Source: Chloroflexota bacterium (GTDB taxonomy: Bacteria > Chloroflexota > Limnocylindria > Limnocylindrales > CSP1-4). From it: a stretch of DNA of 36,260 nucleotides. The notes beneath the pieces are model-generated. The model did not search any database, was not told the origin of the DNA, and saw only the letters and a program-made list of their open reading frames with translations. Below, in pieces: positions 1 through 8,044 of this stretch (its first letter is position 1; each line of letters opens with the position of its first letter). The stretch is taken from the NCBI GenBank assembly GCA_031365595.1, contig JANLYK010000292.1, positions 1 through 36,260 of the forward strand, written 5' to 3'. The position numbers and the translations under genes are program-made.

Positions 1-852
1 ACACCGACCACGAGCGGTTCGTCCGTCCGGCCGGGCGCGTCCGGCGACGAGGTCGTCGTGCTGACGGGCGCCGGCGACATCGCCGACTGCTCCGTGGCCG
101 GCGCCAGCCAGACGTCGGACCTGCTCCTCGCCCAGGTCGGAGTGTTCTTCACCGCCGGGGACAACGCCTACGGCAACGGCAGTGCCAAGGACTACACGGC
201 CTGCTACGCGCCGACGTGGGGCCGCGTCCTCGACCGGACGACCCTGCCCGCGCCGGGCAACCACGACTGGAACACGGACAACGCCGCCGGCTACCGAGCG
301 TACTTCGGCCCGATCGCGGGCGCGGGCGCGGGCGCTGCGACCTGGTACTCGAAGGACCTTGGTGCGTGGCACGTCGTCGTGCTCGATTCGAATTGCGCCA
401 AGGTCGGCGGCTGCGATGCCGCGTCCCCCGAGGGCCGCTGGCTCGCGGCCGACCTTGCCGCCAGCGACGCCCGCTGCACGCTGGCGATCTGGCACCACCC
501 GCGGTTCAGCTCGGGTGAGCACGGCAACGACGTGGCGGTTGCGCCGTTCTGGGAGATCCTGCACGCGGCGGGCGCCGACCTGATCGTAAATGGCCACGAC
601 CACGACTACGAGCGGTTCGCGCCGCAGACGCCCGAAGGTGTGGTGCTCCGGCCCGGTGGGATCCGCGAGATCGTCGTCGGGACCGGTGGCGGCGAGCTGC
701 GCGGGTTTCCCGGCGTCGCGGCCAACAGCGAATTCCGCCAGGCGGGCACGTACGGCGTTCTGCGCCTGACCCTCCACCCCGTCAACTACGACTGGGAGTT
801 CCTGCCGGTCAGCGGCTCGGTCGCGGACGGCGGAAGCACGCCGTGCCACTGA
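1..852 (+). CDS. Calcineurin-like metallophosphoesterase (partial, 5' end outside window)
   Basis: Frame 1 is open from nt 1, and the GTG at 58 is only the first start-like codon. Stop TGA 850-852. Ordered metallophosphoesterase motifs GDIAD, GDNAY, GNHDW, WHHP, GHDHDYER. Confidence 0.8.
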   Translation, partial: TPTTSGSSVRPGASGDEVVVLTGAGDIADCSVAGASQTSDLLLAQVGVFFTAGDNAYGNGSAKDYTACYAPTWGRVLDRTTLPAPGNHDWNTDNAAGYRAYFGPIAGAGAGAATWYSKDLGAWHVVVLDSNCAKVGGCDAASPEGRWLAADLAASDARCTLAIWHHPRFSSGEHGNDVAVAPFWEILHAAGADLIVNGHDHDYERFAPQTPEGVVLRPGGIREIVVGTGGGELRGFPGVAANSEFRQAGTYGVLRLTLHPVNYDWEFLPVSGSVADGGSTPCH

Positions 853-947
853 CCAGCGCGGGCGGTCGCTGACCCGATAGGCTGAGCGGCGGTCGCCGTG
901 GCGGCCGGCATCGGGCGGGCAGGGGGCGAACTGAGGGACCGGATCGA

Positions 948-3386
948 ATGGCGGACCATGCCCGGGCGGTGATCATCGGCGGCGGCGTCGGCGGGACGTC
1001 GATCGCCTACCACCTCGCCGAACGCGGCTGGACCGACATCGTTCTCGTCGATCGGGCCGAGCTGACCTCGGGCTCCACCTTCCACTCGGCGGGTCTCGTC
1101 GGCCAGCTCCGGGGCTCGGTGACCCTGACGACGATGATGATGTACGGCGCCGGGCTGTACCGCCGTCTGGCGGCCGAGACAGGGGTCGACCCGTCGTGGC
1201 ATGAGGTCGGGTCGCTCCGGCTGGCGTCGTCGAAGGCCCGCTTCGAGGAGCTCCAGCGCCAGGCGAGCTGGGCGAAGACGTTCGGGCTGCCGCTCGAGCT
1301 GATCAGCGCCTCGGAGGCGCGGGATCGCTTCCCGTTGATGGCGACCGACGGCGTGCTCGGGGCGGTCTGGCTGGCGACCGACGGCTGGCTCGATCCGTCC
1401 GGGCTGGCGATGGCCCTCGCCGCGGGCGCTCGCCAGCAAGGGGCGTCGATCCGGACCCATACCCGGGTCGTCGGGATCGGCGTGGAGCGCGGACGGGTCA
1501 GCGGTGTGGACGTCGAGCTCCGCGACGGCTCGCGCGAGACGATCGCAGCCGACGTCGTGGTCAATGCCGGCGGGATGTTCGCCCCGGAGATCGGGCGGCT
1601 CGCCGGCGTCACCGTCCCGATCATCCCGATGGCCCACCAGTACCTGTTCACCGAGGCGCTCGATGGCGTCCATCCCGGCCTGCCCCAGCTTCGCGACCCC
1701 GACAACCTCGTCTACTTCCGCGAAGAGGTCGGGGGCCTGTGCATGGGTGGCTACGAGCGCAACCCGGCGCCCTGGTCGCTCGACGGCATCCCGCCCGACT
1801 TCAACGGCAAGCTCCTCGCGCCCGACCTGCCCCGGTTCGAGGAGATCATGGCCGGCGCCATCGCCCGCGTCCCGGCCATGGCCGACGCCCGGGTGAGCCG
1901 GATCATCAATGGACCCGAGGGCTTCACCCCGGACAACGAGTTCATCCTCGGTGAATCGGAGGTCCGTGGGTTCTTCGTGGCCGCGGGATTCTCGGCCCAT
2001 GGGATCGCCGGCGCCGGCGGGATCGGGCGCCAGGTGGCGAGCTGGATCGTCGACGGCCAGCCCGAGCTCGACCTGTGGAAGATGGACATCCACCGGTTCG
2101 GGCCGGCGTATCGGTCGCGCGGCCACACGCTCGCCCGCTCTCTCGAGAACTACGCGACGTACTACGACATCCACTACCCCAACGAGGAGCGCGTGGCGGG
2201 CCGGCCGCTCCGGACCGCGCCGACGTACGAGCAGCTCCGGGCCCTCGGCGTGTCATTCGGCGAGAAGTCGGGCTGGGAGCGCCCGAACTGGTTCGAATCA
2301 AATGCGCCGGCCGGCGACGAAACGCTCCGGCCGCGCGGCTGGGCCGGGCAGCACTGGTCGCCGGCGATCGGAGTCGAGGCGCTGGCCACCCGCGAGGCGG
2401 CAGCCTTGTTCGACGAGAGTTCGTTTGCCAAGCTCGAGGTGGCCGGCTCGGGCGCGCTCGGATTCCTCGAGCGGATGTGCGCCAACCGGATCGACCGGCC
2501 GGTCGGCACGATCGTCTACACCCAGCTGCTCGACCGGCGCGGCGGGATCCAGGCCGACCTGACCGTGACCCGAACCAGGGAGACGGCGTTCCAGCTCGTG
2601 ACCGGGACCGCGTTCGGCAACCACGATGCGGCGTGGCTCCGGAGCCACCTCCCGGACGACGGGTCCGTCGCGATCCGCGACGTGACGTCCGCCCGGGTCT
2701 GCTTCGGCCTGTGGGGCCCGCGCGCCCGCGACATCCTGTCGAGCGTGACCCACGACGACATCTCGGACGCCGCCTTCCCGTTCCTGACCGCCCGCGAAAT
2801 CAGCGTCGGGTCCGTGCCCGTGCTCGCGCTCCGCGTCACGTACGTCGGCGAGCTCGGCTGGGAGCTCTACGCCCCGACCGAGTACGGGCGGGCGCTCTGG
2901 ACCACGCTCTTCGAGGCGGGCCGGCCGCATGGCCTCGTCGCCGCCGGGTACCGGGCGATCGATTCCCTCCGGCTCGAGAAGGGCTACCGGGCGTGGTCGA
3001 GCGACATCACGCCCGACGAGACGCCATACGAGGCCGGGCTCGGGTTTGCCGTCGCGCTCGACAAGGAGGTCGAGTTCCTGGGCCGAGACGCGCTGGTCGC
3101 CGCCAAGGCAGCCGGACCGCGCAAGCGGCTGCGCTGTCTCGTTCTCGACGACCCGCGCTCGGTCTGCCTCGGCAACGAGCCGGTCCGCGTGGGTGGCGCG
3201 ATCGTCGGACGGGTGACCAGCGGCGGCTACGGGTACGCGGTCGAGCGCTCGATCGCCTACGCCTACCTGCCGCCCGACGCGCCGATCGGGACGCGCGGTG
3301 AGATCGACGTCTTTGGCGACTGGGTCGGCTTCGAGGTGATGCGCGAGCCGCTCTGGGACCCGGCCAACGAACGGATCCGATCCTGA
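948..3386 (+). CDS. Dimethylglycine oxidase / sarcosine-dimethylglycine dehydrogenase family flavoprotein (DAO domain fused to GcvT-like folate-binding domain)
   Basis: ATG 948 preceded by GAGGGA (933-938). N-terminal FAD Rossmann VIIGGGVGGTSIAYHLA. C-terminal aminomethyltransferase-like blocks FDESSFAKLEV, GELGWELY, SLRLEKGY. The 812 aa length fits this family. Exact substrate is not decidable. Confidence 0.85.
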   Translation: MADHARAVIIGGGVGGTSIAYHLAERGWTDIVLVDRAELTSGSTFHSAGLVGQLRGSVTLTTMMMYGAGLYRRLAAETGVDPSWHEVGSLRLASSKARFEELQRQASWAKTFGLPLELISASEARDRFPLMATDGVLGAVWLATDGWLDPSGLAMALAAGARQQGASIRTHTRVVGIGVERGRVSGVDVELRDGSRETIAADVVVNAGGMFAPEIGRLAGVTVPIIPMAHQYLFTEALDGVHPGLPQLRDPDNLVYFREEVGGLCMGGYERNPAPWSLDGIPPDFNGKLLAPDLPRFEEIMAGAIARVPAMADARVSRIINGPEGFTPDNEFILGESEVRGFFVAAGFSAHGIAGAGGIGRQVASWIVDGQPELDLWKMDIHRFGPAYRSRGHTLARSLENYATYYDIHYPNEERVAGRPLRTAPTYEQLRALGVSFGEKSGWERPNWFESNAPAGDETLRPRGWAGQHWSPAIGVEALATREAAALFDESSFAKLEVAGSGALGFLERMCANRIDRPVGTIVYTQLLDRRGGIQADLTVTRTRETAFQLVTGTAFGNHDAAWLRSHLPDDGSVAIRDVTSARVCFGLWGPRARDILSSVTHDDISDAAFPFLTAREISVGSVPVLALRVTYVGELGWELYAPTEYGRALWTTLFEAGRPHGLVAAGYRAIDSLRLEKGYRAWSSDITPDETPYEAGLGFAVALDKEVEFLGRDALVAAKAAGPRKRLRCLVLDDPRSVCLGNEPVRVGGAIVGRVTSGGYGYAVERSIAYAYLPPDAPIGTRGEIDVFGDWVGFEVMREPLWDPANERIRS

Positions 3387-4249
3387 TGGAAGACCTTCGG
3401 GCAAACGGACCCGCCTGGTCCGCCGAACGGCGCCGCGGCGAACCGGCGGAACTTGCCGAGTGGCTGGCCTTCGCCCTCGCGCTCTGCGACGAAACGGATC
3501 CAATCGCGCTGCGAGCGTTCCGAAGCGAGCTCACCATCGACCGCAAGTCGGACGGATCGTTCGTCACCGCCGCGGACCGAGAGGTGGAACGCGTGATTCG
3601 CGAACGGATCACGGCTCGCTATCCGTCCCACGGGCTGATCGGCGAGGAGTACGGCGAGGCTACCGCCGGCTCCGGCGGTGAGCGCTGGTACATCGACCCG
3701 ATCGATGGGACCCACAACTTCATGCGCGGCGTGCCGATGTTCGCGACGCTCCTCGCAGTCGAGCGCGACGGCGAGGTCCAGGCCGGGTTGATGAGCGCAC
3801 CCGCCCTCGGCCAGCGTTGGTATGCGACCCGGGGCGGGGGAGCGTGGGTCATCGGCGGGCCGGCCAACCCGCACGGACCGCGCCGCCTCAGGGTTTCGAC
3901 CGTCGACTCACTCGACCGGGCCCAGGTCTTCTTCCGGTCGATCCGCGACATGAAAGCGTCGCGAGTCGCGGCGGGCTTCGACGAGCTCATCCACGAGACG
4001 TGGCGCGAACGCGGCTTCGGAGACTTCTGGGGATACACCCTGATCGCCGATGGAGTGGGTGAAGCGCTGATGGAGCAGGATCTGCACCCCTGGGATCTGG
4101 CGGCGCCGTGGATCATCGTCGAAGAGGCGGGCGGGCGTATCACCGACTTCGACGGCCGGCGGAGCCTGGAGCGAGGCGAGGGTTTCGCCACGAACGGCGT
4201 CCTGCACGAGGCCGTCCTCGCCAGGCTCACGAGGCGCTCGGCGGGCTGA
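3386..4249 (+). CDS. Inositol monophosphatase family protein (IMPase / HisN-like phosphatase)
   Basis: ATG 3386 shares one base with the upstream TGA (TGATG). IMPase motifs GEEYG, WYIDPIDGTHNF, WDLAAPWIIVEEAGG. Confidence 0.75.
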   Translation: MEDLRANGPAWSAERRRGEPAELAEWLAFALALCDETDPIALRAFRSELTIDRKSDGSFVTAADREVERVIRERITARYPSHGLIGEEYGEATAGSGGERWYIDPIDGTHNFMRGVPMFATLLAVERDGEVQAGLMSAPALGQRWYATRGGGAWVIGGPANPHGPRRLRVSTVDSLDRAQVFFRSIRDMKASRVAAGFDELIHETWRERGFGDFWGYTLIADGVGEALMEQDLHPWDLAAPWIIVEEAGGRITDFDGRRSLERGEGFATNGVLHEAVLARLTRRSAG

Positions 4250-4258
4250 TCACGCGTG

Positions 4259-4294
4259 TTGACATGACGACTGACGTCTGACATCTTACGACTT
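4259..4294 (+). promoter_or_regulatory. Promoter/operator-like AT-richer region upstream of GntR gene 1
   Basis: TTGACA 4259-4264, 17-nt spacer, CATCTT 4282-4287. Palindromic GTCTGAC lies at 4276-4282 inside the spacer. TGAC/TTAC recurs every 7 nt at 4265, 4272, 4279 and 4286. Box TCTTACGACTT 4284-4294 abuts GTG 4295. Confidence 0.4.
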
Positions 4295-5056
4295 GTGCCT
4301 GCCACCACGAGTCATCCGCGGGTCCGAAAGCCGCGCTTCAGCGAAGTCCGCGGCGAAGTCCTCACCGACCTTGCCGAGAGCTACCACCTAGGCGATCGGC
4401 TCCCGTCCGAGCCCGACCTGGCCAGCGCGTACGGCGTGAGCCGGCCGACCATCCGCGAGGTTCTCCGGAGCCTCGAGGGCGACGGCCTCGTGCGCCGGGT
4501 CCACGGCGTCGGGACGTTCGTGACCCAGGTCCGGCCGGCGGTGTCGAGCCGTTTCGACCTGGACCTCGGGGTCACCGAGGCCGTGGCGGCGGCCAACCAG
4601 CGCCTCGGGATCCAACTCCTGCGAGCGGCAATCGAGCCGGCCCCACCGACAATCGCCGAGCGCCTCGAGCTGGCGTCCGACGCGAGCGTCCTGTGGGTCG
4701 AGCGGGTGATCCGGGTCAACGATGTTCCCGCCGCCCATGCGATTGACGCGATCCCGCAGCCCGTCGTCGGGAGCGCGACCTTTGACGGTGGATCCGTCTA
4801 TCGGTTCCTCGAGGAGTCGTGCGGGATCGAACTCGTCGGCGGCCTCGCCGAGGTCAGCGCGGTGCCCGCCAGCCGCTCGTTGGCTCGTCTCCTTGCGGTC
4901 GACGAGGGCGCCGCCCTCCTCCGAATCGACCAGCTGGAACGCTCGACCGCCGATCGGCCGGTCCTCTACTCGACCGAGCACTACGTCCCCTCGGTCCTCA
5001 ACGTCAGCGTCCGTCGCGTCCGTCACGCGACGGGGTCGCCCGGCGACGATCGTTGA
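4295..5056 (+). CDS. GntR family transcriptional regulator, HutC/UTRA subfamily
   Basis: GTG 4295. Winged HTH LPSEPDLASAYGVSRPTIREVLRSLEGDGLVRRVHGVGTFV followed by a UTRA-like effector domain. Co-linear with the two other GntR genes in the window. Confidence 0.85.
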   Translation: MPATTSHPRVRKPRFSEVRGEVLTDLAESYHLGDRLPSEPDLASAYGVSRPTIREVLRSLEGDGLVRRVHGVGTFVTQVRPAVSSRFDLDLGVTEAVAAANQRLGIQLLRAAIEPAPPTIAERLELASDASVLWVERVIRVNDVPAAHAIDAIPQPVVGSATFDGGSVYRFLEESCGIELVGGLAEVSAVPASRSLARLLAVDEGAALLRIDQLERSTADRPVLYSTEHYVPSVLNVSVRRVRHATGSPGDDR

Positions 5057-5196
5057 CTTCTACCCGTCCAACCGCCTGATCCGCCCACCCCCCGTTATGG
5101 AGGCTCGATGAGGAAAGCGTGATCTGTGCCCCAGGGGCAAGGCGCGCCGGCCGAGGCCGGCTGCGCGTCACCAGCGTCGGAGGTAGGAGGGTCCCC

Positions 5197-6699
5197 GTGT
5201 CCCTGACCCGCGCATCCCAGGCCGAGCAGCATGACGATGACCGCGAGCTGCGGTCGTTTGGCTACGAGCCCCAACTGAACCGGTCCATGGGCTTGTTCAG
5301 CTCGTTGTCGATCTCCATCTCGTGCATGTGCATCACCGCCGGGATCTTCACCGTCTTTGCGTACTCGTTGGGCACCGTCGGCCCGGCGTTCATCTGGACG
5401 TGGCCCATCGTGGCCATCGGCCAGATCATCGTCGCCCTGGTCCTCGCGGATCTCGCCGGGCGCATTCCGTTGAGCGGCTACGCGTTTCAATGGACGAGCC
5501 GGCTCATGAACTCCCATTACGGCTGGTTCACCGGCTGGGCCGGTCTCATGGCGTTCACGCCCGGCTTCACCGGGTTGAACCTCGGGCTGTCTCCGATTCT
5601 CCTGTCAAGACTCGGGATCGAGATCAGCGTGACGACCATTGCCGCCACCACGATCCTCCTGACGGTCAGCCAGCTCCTCATCAACCTGGCCGGCGTCAAG
5701 ATCGCGTCCCGGATCAACAACGTCGCCGCGTACACCGCCGAGCTCGGCCTGTCCATCGTCCTGACCCTCATCCTGCTGGTCGTCGGGCTCATCACGAACC
5801 CGGTCCAGAGCGTCGGGTTCCTGACGACCTCGACCGCGGGCGACGGCGGCTTCCTCGTTGCGTTCCTCCTGGCAGGCCTGCTCGGAATGTGGGTTTTGAC
5901 CGGGTTCGAGGGGGCGGCCGACCTGGCCGAGGAGACGCAGGGCGCCCGCCGCAACGTGCCGAAGGCGGTCGTCACCTCGGTCGTCATCTCGGCCGTGATC
6001 GGCTTCTTCATGATCGTCGCGCTGACGATCAACATTCGCGACCTGGGCGCGGTCACGTCCGCTCCGGTTCCGATCATCGCTGTCCTCGAGGGAGCACTCG
6101 GAACGACCGGTGCGCTCATCTTCGAGCTCGTCGCGATGGTCGCCCTGTACGCCGGTGGTCTCGCCAACATGGCGGCCGCCTCGCGCCTGATCTTCTCCCT
6201 GTCCCGGGACCGGATGCTTCCGGCATCCGGATCGTTGGCAGCCGTCTCGCGGAGCACCGGCTCGCCGACCGGCGCACTCTTCGTCGCGGCCGGCTTCGCG
6301 ATCACACTCGTCCTGATCGGGTCGACCGTGGCCACGGCGGCCCTCCCACTCATCGTCGGAATGGCGGCAGTCGGCTACTACGCCGTCTACGCCCTCACGA
6401 TCCTCGCCGCGTTCCTGGCCGCCCGGCGCGGTCTGCTCGCGGCGAAGAGCTCGTTCGACCTCGGTCCGCGGGCGCAACTCATTCGGGCCGTCGCCCTCGT
6501 CTGGTCGATTCTCGTGATCGGCGTCCTGACGATCCCGGCGGCCAACCAGCAGACGGCCATGGCAGCCGCCGGCTTCTTCGTTCTGGCCGCGATCTGGTAT
6601 GTCGCGGTGCTCCGCGGCCGGATCCAGCGCGGTGAGGCCGGCGTGCCGGGGACCGGACCAGTCGAGGCCAGCACGAGCGCTCTCCCCGAGAGCGCCTAG
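5197..6699 (+). CDS. APC superfamily amino acid/amine permease
   Basis: The ORF is open from 5119. I prefer GTG 5197 because GGAGG (5186-5190) lies 6 nt upstream. Many hydrophobic helices. APC-like N-terminal blocks LSISISCMCITAGIF and LADLAGRIPLSGYAFQW. Confidence 0.8.
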   Translation: MSLTRASQAEQHDDDRELRSFGYEPQLNRSMGLFSSLSISISCMCITAGIFTVFAYSLGTVGPAFIWTWPIVAIGQIIVALVLADLAGRIPLSGYAFQWTSRLMNSHYGWFTGWAGLMAFTPGFTGLNLGLSPILLSRLGIEISVTTIAATTILLTVSQLLINLAGVKIASRINNVAAYTAELGLSIVLTLILLVVGLITNPVQSVGFLTTSTAGDGGFLVAFLLAGLLGMWVLTGFEGAADLAEETQGARRNVPKAVVTSVVISAVIGFFMIVALTINIRDLGAVTSAPVPIIAVLEGALGTTGALIFELVAMVALYAGGLANMAAASRLIFSLSRDRMLPASGSLAAVSRSTGSPTGALFVAAGFAITLVLIGSTVATAALPLIVGMAAVGYYAVYALTILAAFLAARRGLLAAKSSFDLGPRAQLIRAVALVWSILVIGVLTIPAANQQTAMAAAGFFVLAAIWYVAVLRGRIQRGEAGVPGTGPVEASTSALPESA

Positions 6700-6826
6700 C
6701 CCAACCCCGGTGGGTGCGAGCCGGTGGCGCGTGGGGCTCCCACCGCATCTCGTCCTCTGGCGCGTGGATGTCCGCGCGCTTCAGCCCGCGACCAGCGCCC
6801 CAACCAGCGTCCTCCCGAGGAGATCG

Positions 6827-8044
6827 ATGAACGCCACCCCGATCGAGCAATTCCTGCGGCCCGGCATCGCATCGGCGTCGCCGTACGACGCCCGCCATCA
6901 CGACTTCGCGTGGCGCCACCGGGAGCTCGACCGGCTCATGTCGAACGAGTGTCCGCTGCCGCCCTCGCCCTCGGTGATCGCAGCGGCCACAGCCGCCCTC
7001 CAGATCGCGAACTTCTACCCGAACTCTGGCGAGGACCTGCGAGCCGCGATCGCGGCATTCAACGGGGTCGAGCCGGCGAACGTGATCCTCGGCAATGGCT
7101 CGACCGAGGTCCTCGACGTTGTCACGCGGGCCCTGGTCGGACCCGGCGATGAAGCCGTGATCTCGGTTCCGACCTACGCATTCTTCGAATCCCAGACGCG
7201 GCTGTACGGCGGCGAGCCGCTCCTCATCCCGATGACCGACGACTTCCGGTTCGACGTGCCGGCGATCCTCGCCGCGGTGAACGTCCGGACCAAGGCGATC
7301 TTCCTGTGCAGCCCGAACAATCCGACGGGTAACAGCTGGACGCCGGCCGAGCTCGAGACCGTTCTGGCCCTCGGCGTGCCGACGATCGTCGACCAGGCGT
7401 ACCTCGAATGTGGCGGCGCCCAGTCCTTCGCGAGTCTCGTCGCCGGGCACCCGAACCTGATCGTGACCCGGACAATGTCGAAAGCGTTCGGCCTGGCCGC
7501 GCTCCGGCTGGGCTATGGCATCGCCACGCCGAGCCTCGTCGATGCCTTCCTCCGGCTGCGGATCCCGTTCAGCGTGAGCCTCGTCGCGTTGCGCGCCGGA
7601 TTGGCCGCCATGGCGCACCCCGAGGAGCTCGAGGAGCGTCGGGATTTCATCAGCAGCGAGCGCCGCCGCGTCATGGACGCCCTGCTCGAGTTGCCCGGTC
7701 TGAAGCCGTTCCCGTCCGAGGGCAACTTCATTCTCATCGACGTCTCGGGCACGGGCCGGACCAGCGGCCAGCTGGTGGAGTTCGCGCAGCGCGAGAACAT
7801 GCTCCTGCGGGCGATGACCGCTCATCGCCTGAAGGATGCGTTCGTCCGGGTGACCATCGGCACGATCGAGCAAAACGACCGCTTCATCGACGTGTTCGCA
7901 CGCGCGATCGCGGGCGGGCCGCAGGTCGCAGCGCCGCCGACGACTGGCGGTGCGATGAACCGTCCGGACCTCGCGGAGGCGAGCGGTGGCCTGCCCGTCG
8001 CGGGGGCCGCGGGTGTTCCCACGGCAGTCGCGCTGCGCGGATGA
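6827..8044 (+). CDS. Class I/II PLP-dependent aminotransferase, histidinol-phosphate aminotransferase (HisC/CobD)-like
   Basis: The ORF is open from 6599, but ATG 6827 has GAGGAG (6817-6822) 4 nt upstream and gives a normal N-terminus. Motifs NECP, GNGSTE, SPNNPTG, DQAY, RTMSKAFGLAALRLGY (PLP lysine). The stop overlaps the next start (ATGA 8041-8044). Confidence 0.8.
   Translation: MNATPIEQFLRPGIASASPYDARHHDFAWRHRELDRLMSNECPLPPSPSVIAAATAALQIANFYPNSGEDLRAAIAAFNGVEPANVILGNGSTEVLDVVTRALVGPGDEAVISVPTYAFFESQTRLYGGEPLLIPMTDDFRFDVPAILAAVNVRTKAIFLCSPNNPTGNSWTPAELETVLALGVPTIVDQAYLECGGAQSFASLVAGHPNLIVTRTMSKAFGLAALRLGYGIATPSLVDAFLRLRIPFSVSLVALRAGLAAMAHPEELEERRDFISSERRRVMDALLELPGLKPFPSEGNFILIDVSGTGRTSGQLVEFAQRENMLLRAMTAHRLKDAFVRVTIGTIEQNDRFIDVFARAIAGGPQVAAPPTTGGAMNRPDLAEASGGLPVAGAAGVPTAVALRG

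Noticed and set aside
786-2174. Long antisense ORF (462 aa) opposite the dimethylglycine-oxidase-type gene
   Set aside because: The composition is Arg/Pro/Gly/Asp-rich with no recognisable motifs. It lies fully inside a well-supported gene on the other strand, which is a typical shadow ORF of GC-rich DNA.
5095-5196. Possible glycine riboswitch upstream of the APC permease
   Set aside because: The evidence was CCCAGGGGCAA at about 5130-5140, followed by a GC hairpin at 5142-5166. The GGGGCAA-plus-hairpin part resembles the glycine aptamer core. I could not find convincing P1/P2 pairings or the CUCAGGCAAAAGGAC-like 3' element. I leave it uncalled. A cmsearch with RF00504 would settle it.
5119-8040. 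Upstream extensions of track ORFs (5119 for the permease, 6599 for the aminotransferase, 7408 for FGGY kinase 1)
   Set aside because: The same applies to 17391 for permease 2, 22463 for the HAD-IIA gene and 13172 for the HAD-IB gene. The extensions overlap preceding genes or intergenic regions, encode Arg/Pro-rich sequence, and lack ribosome-binding sites. Internal starts with Shine-Dalgarno motifs or 4-nt overlaps give normal N-termini.
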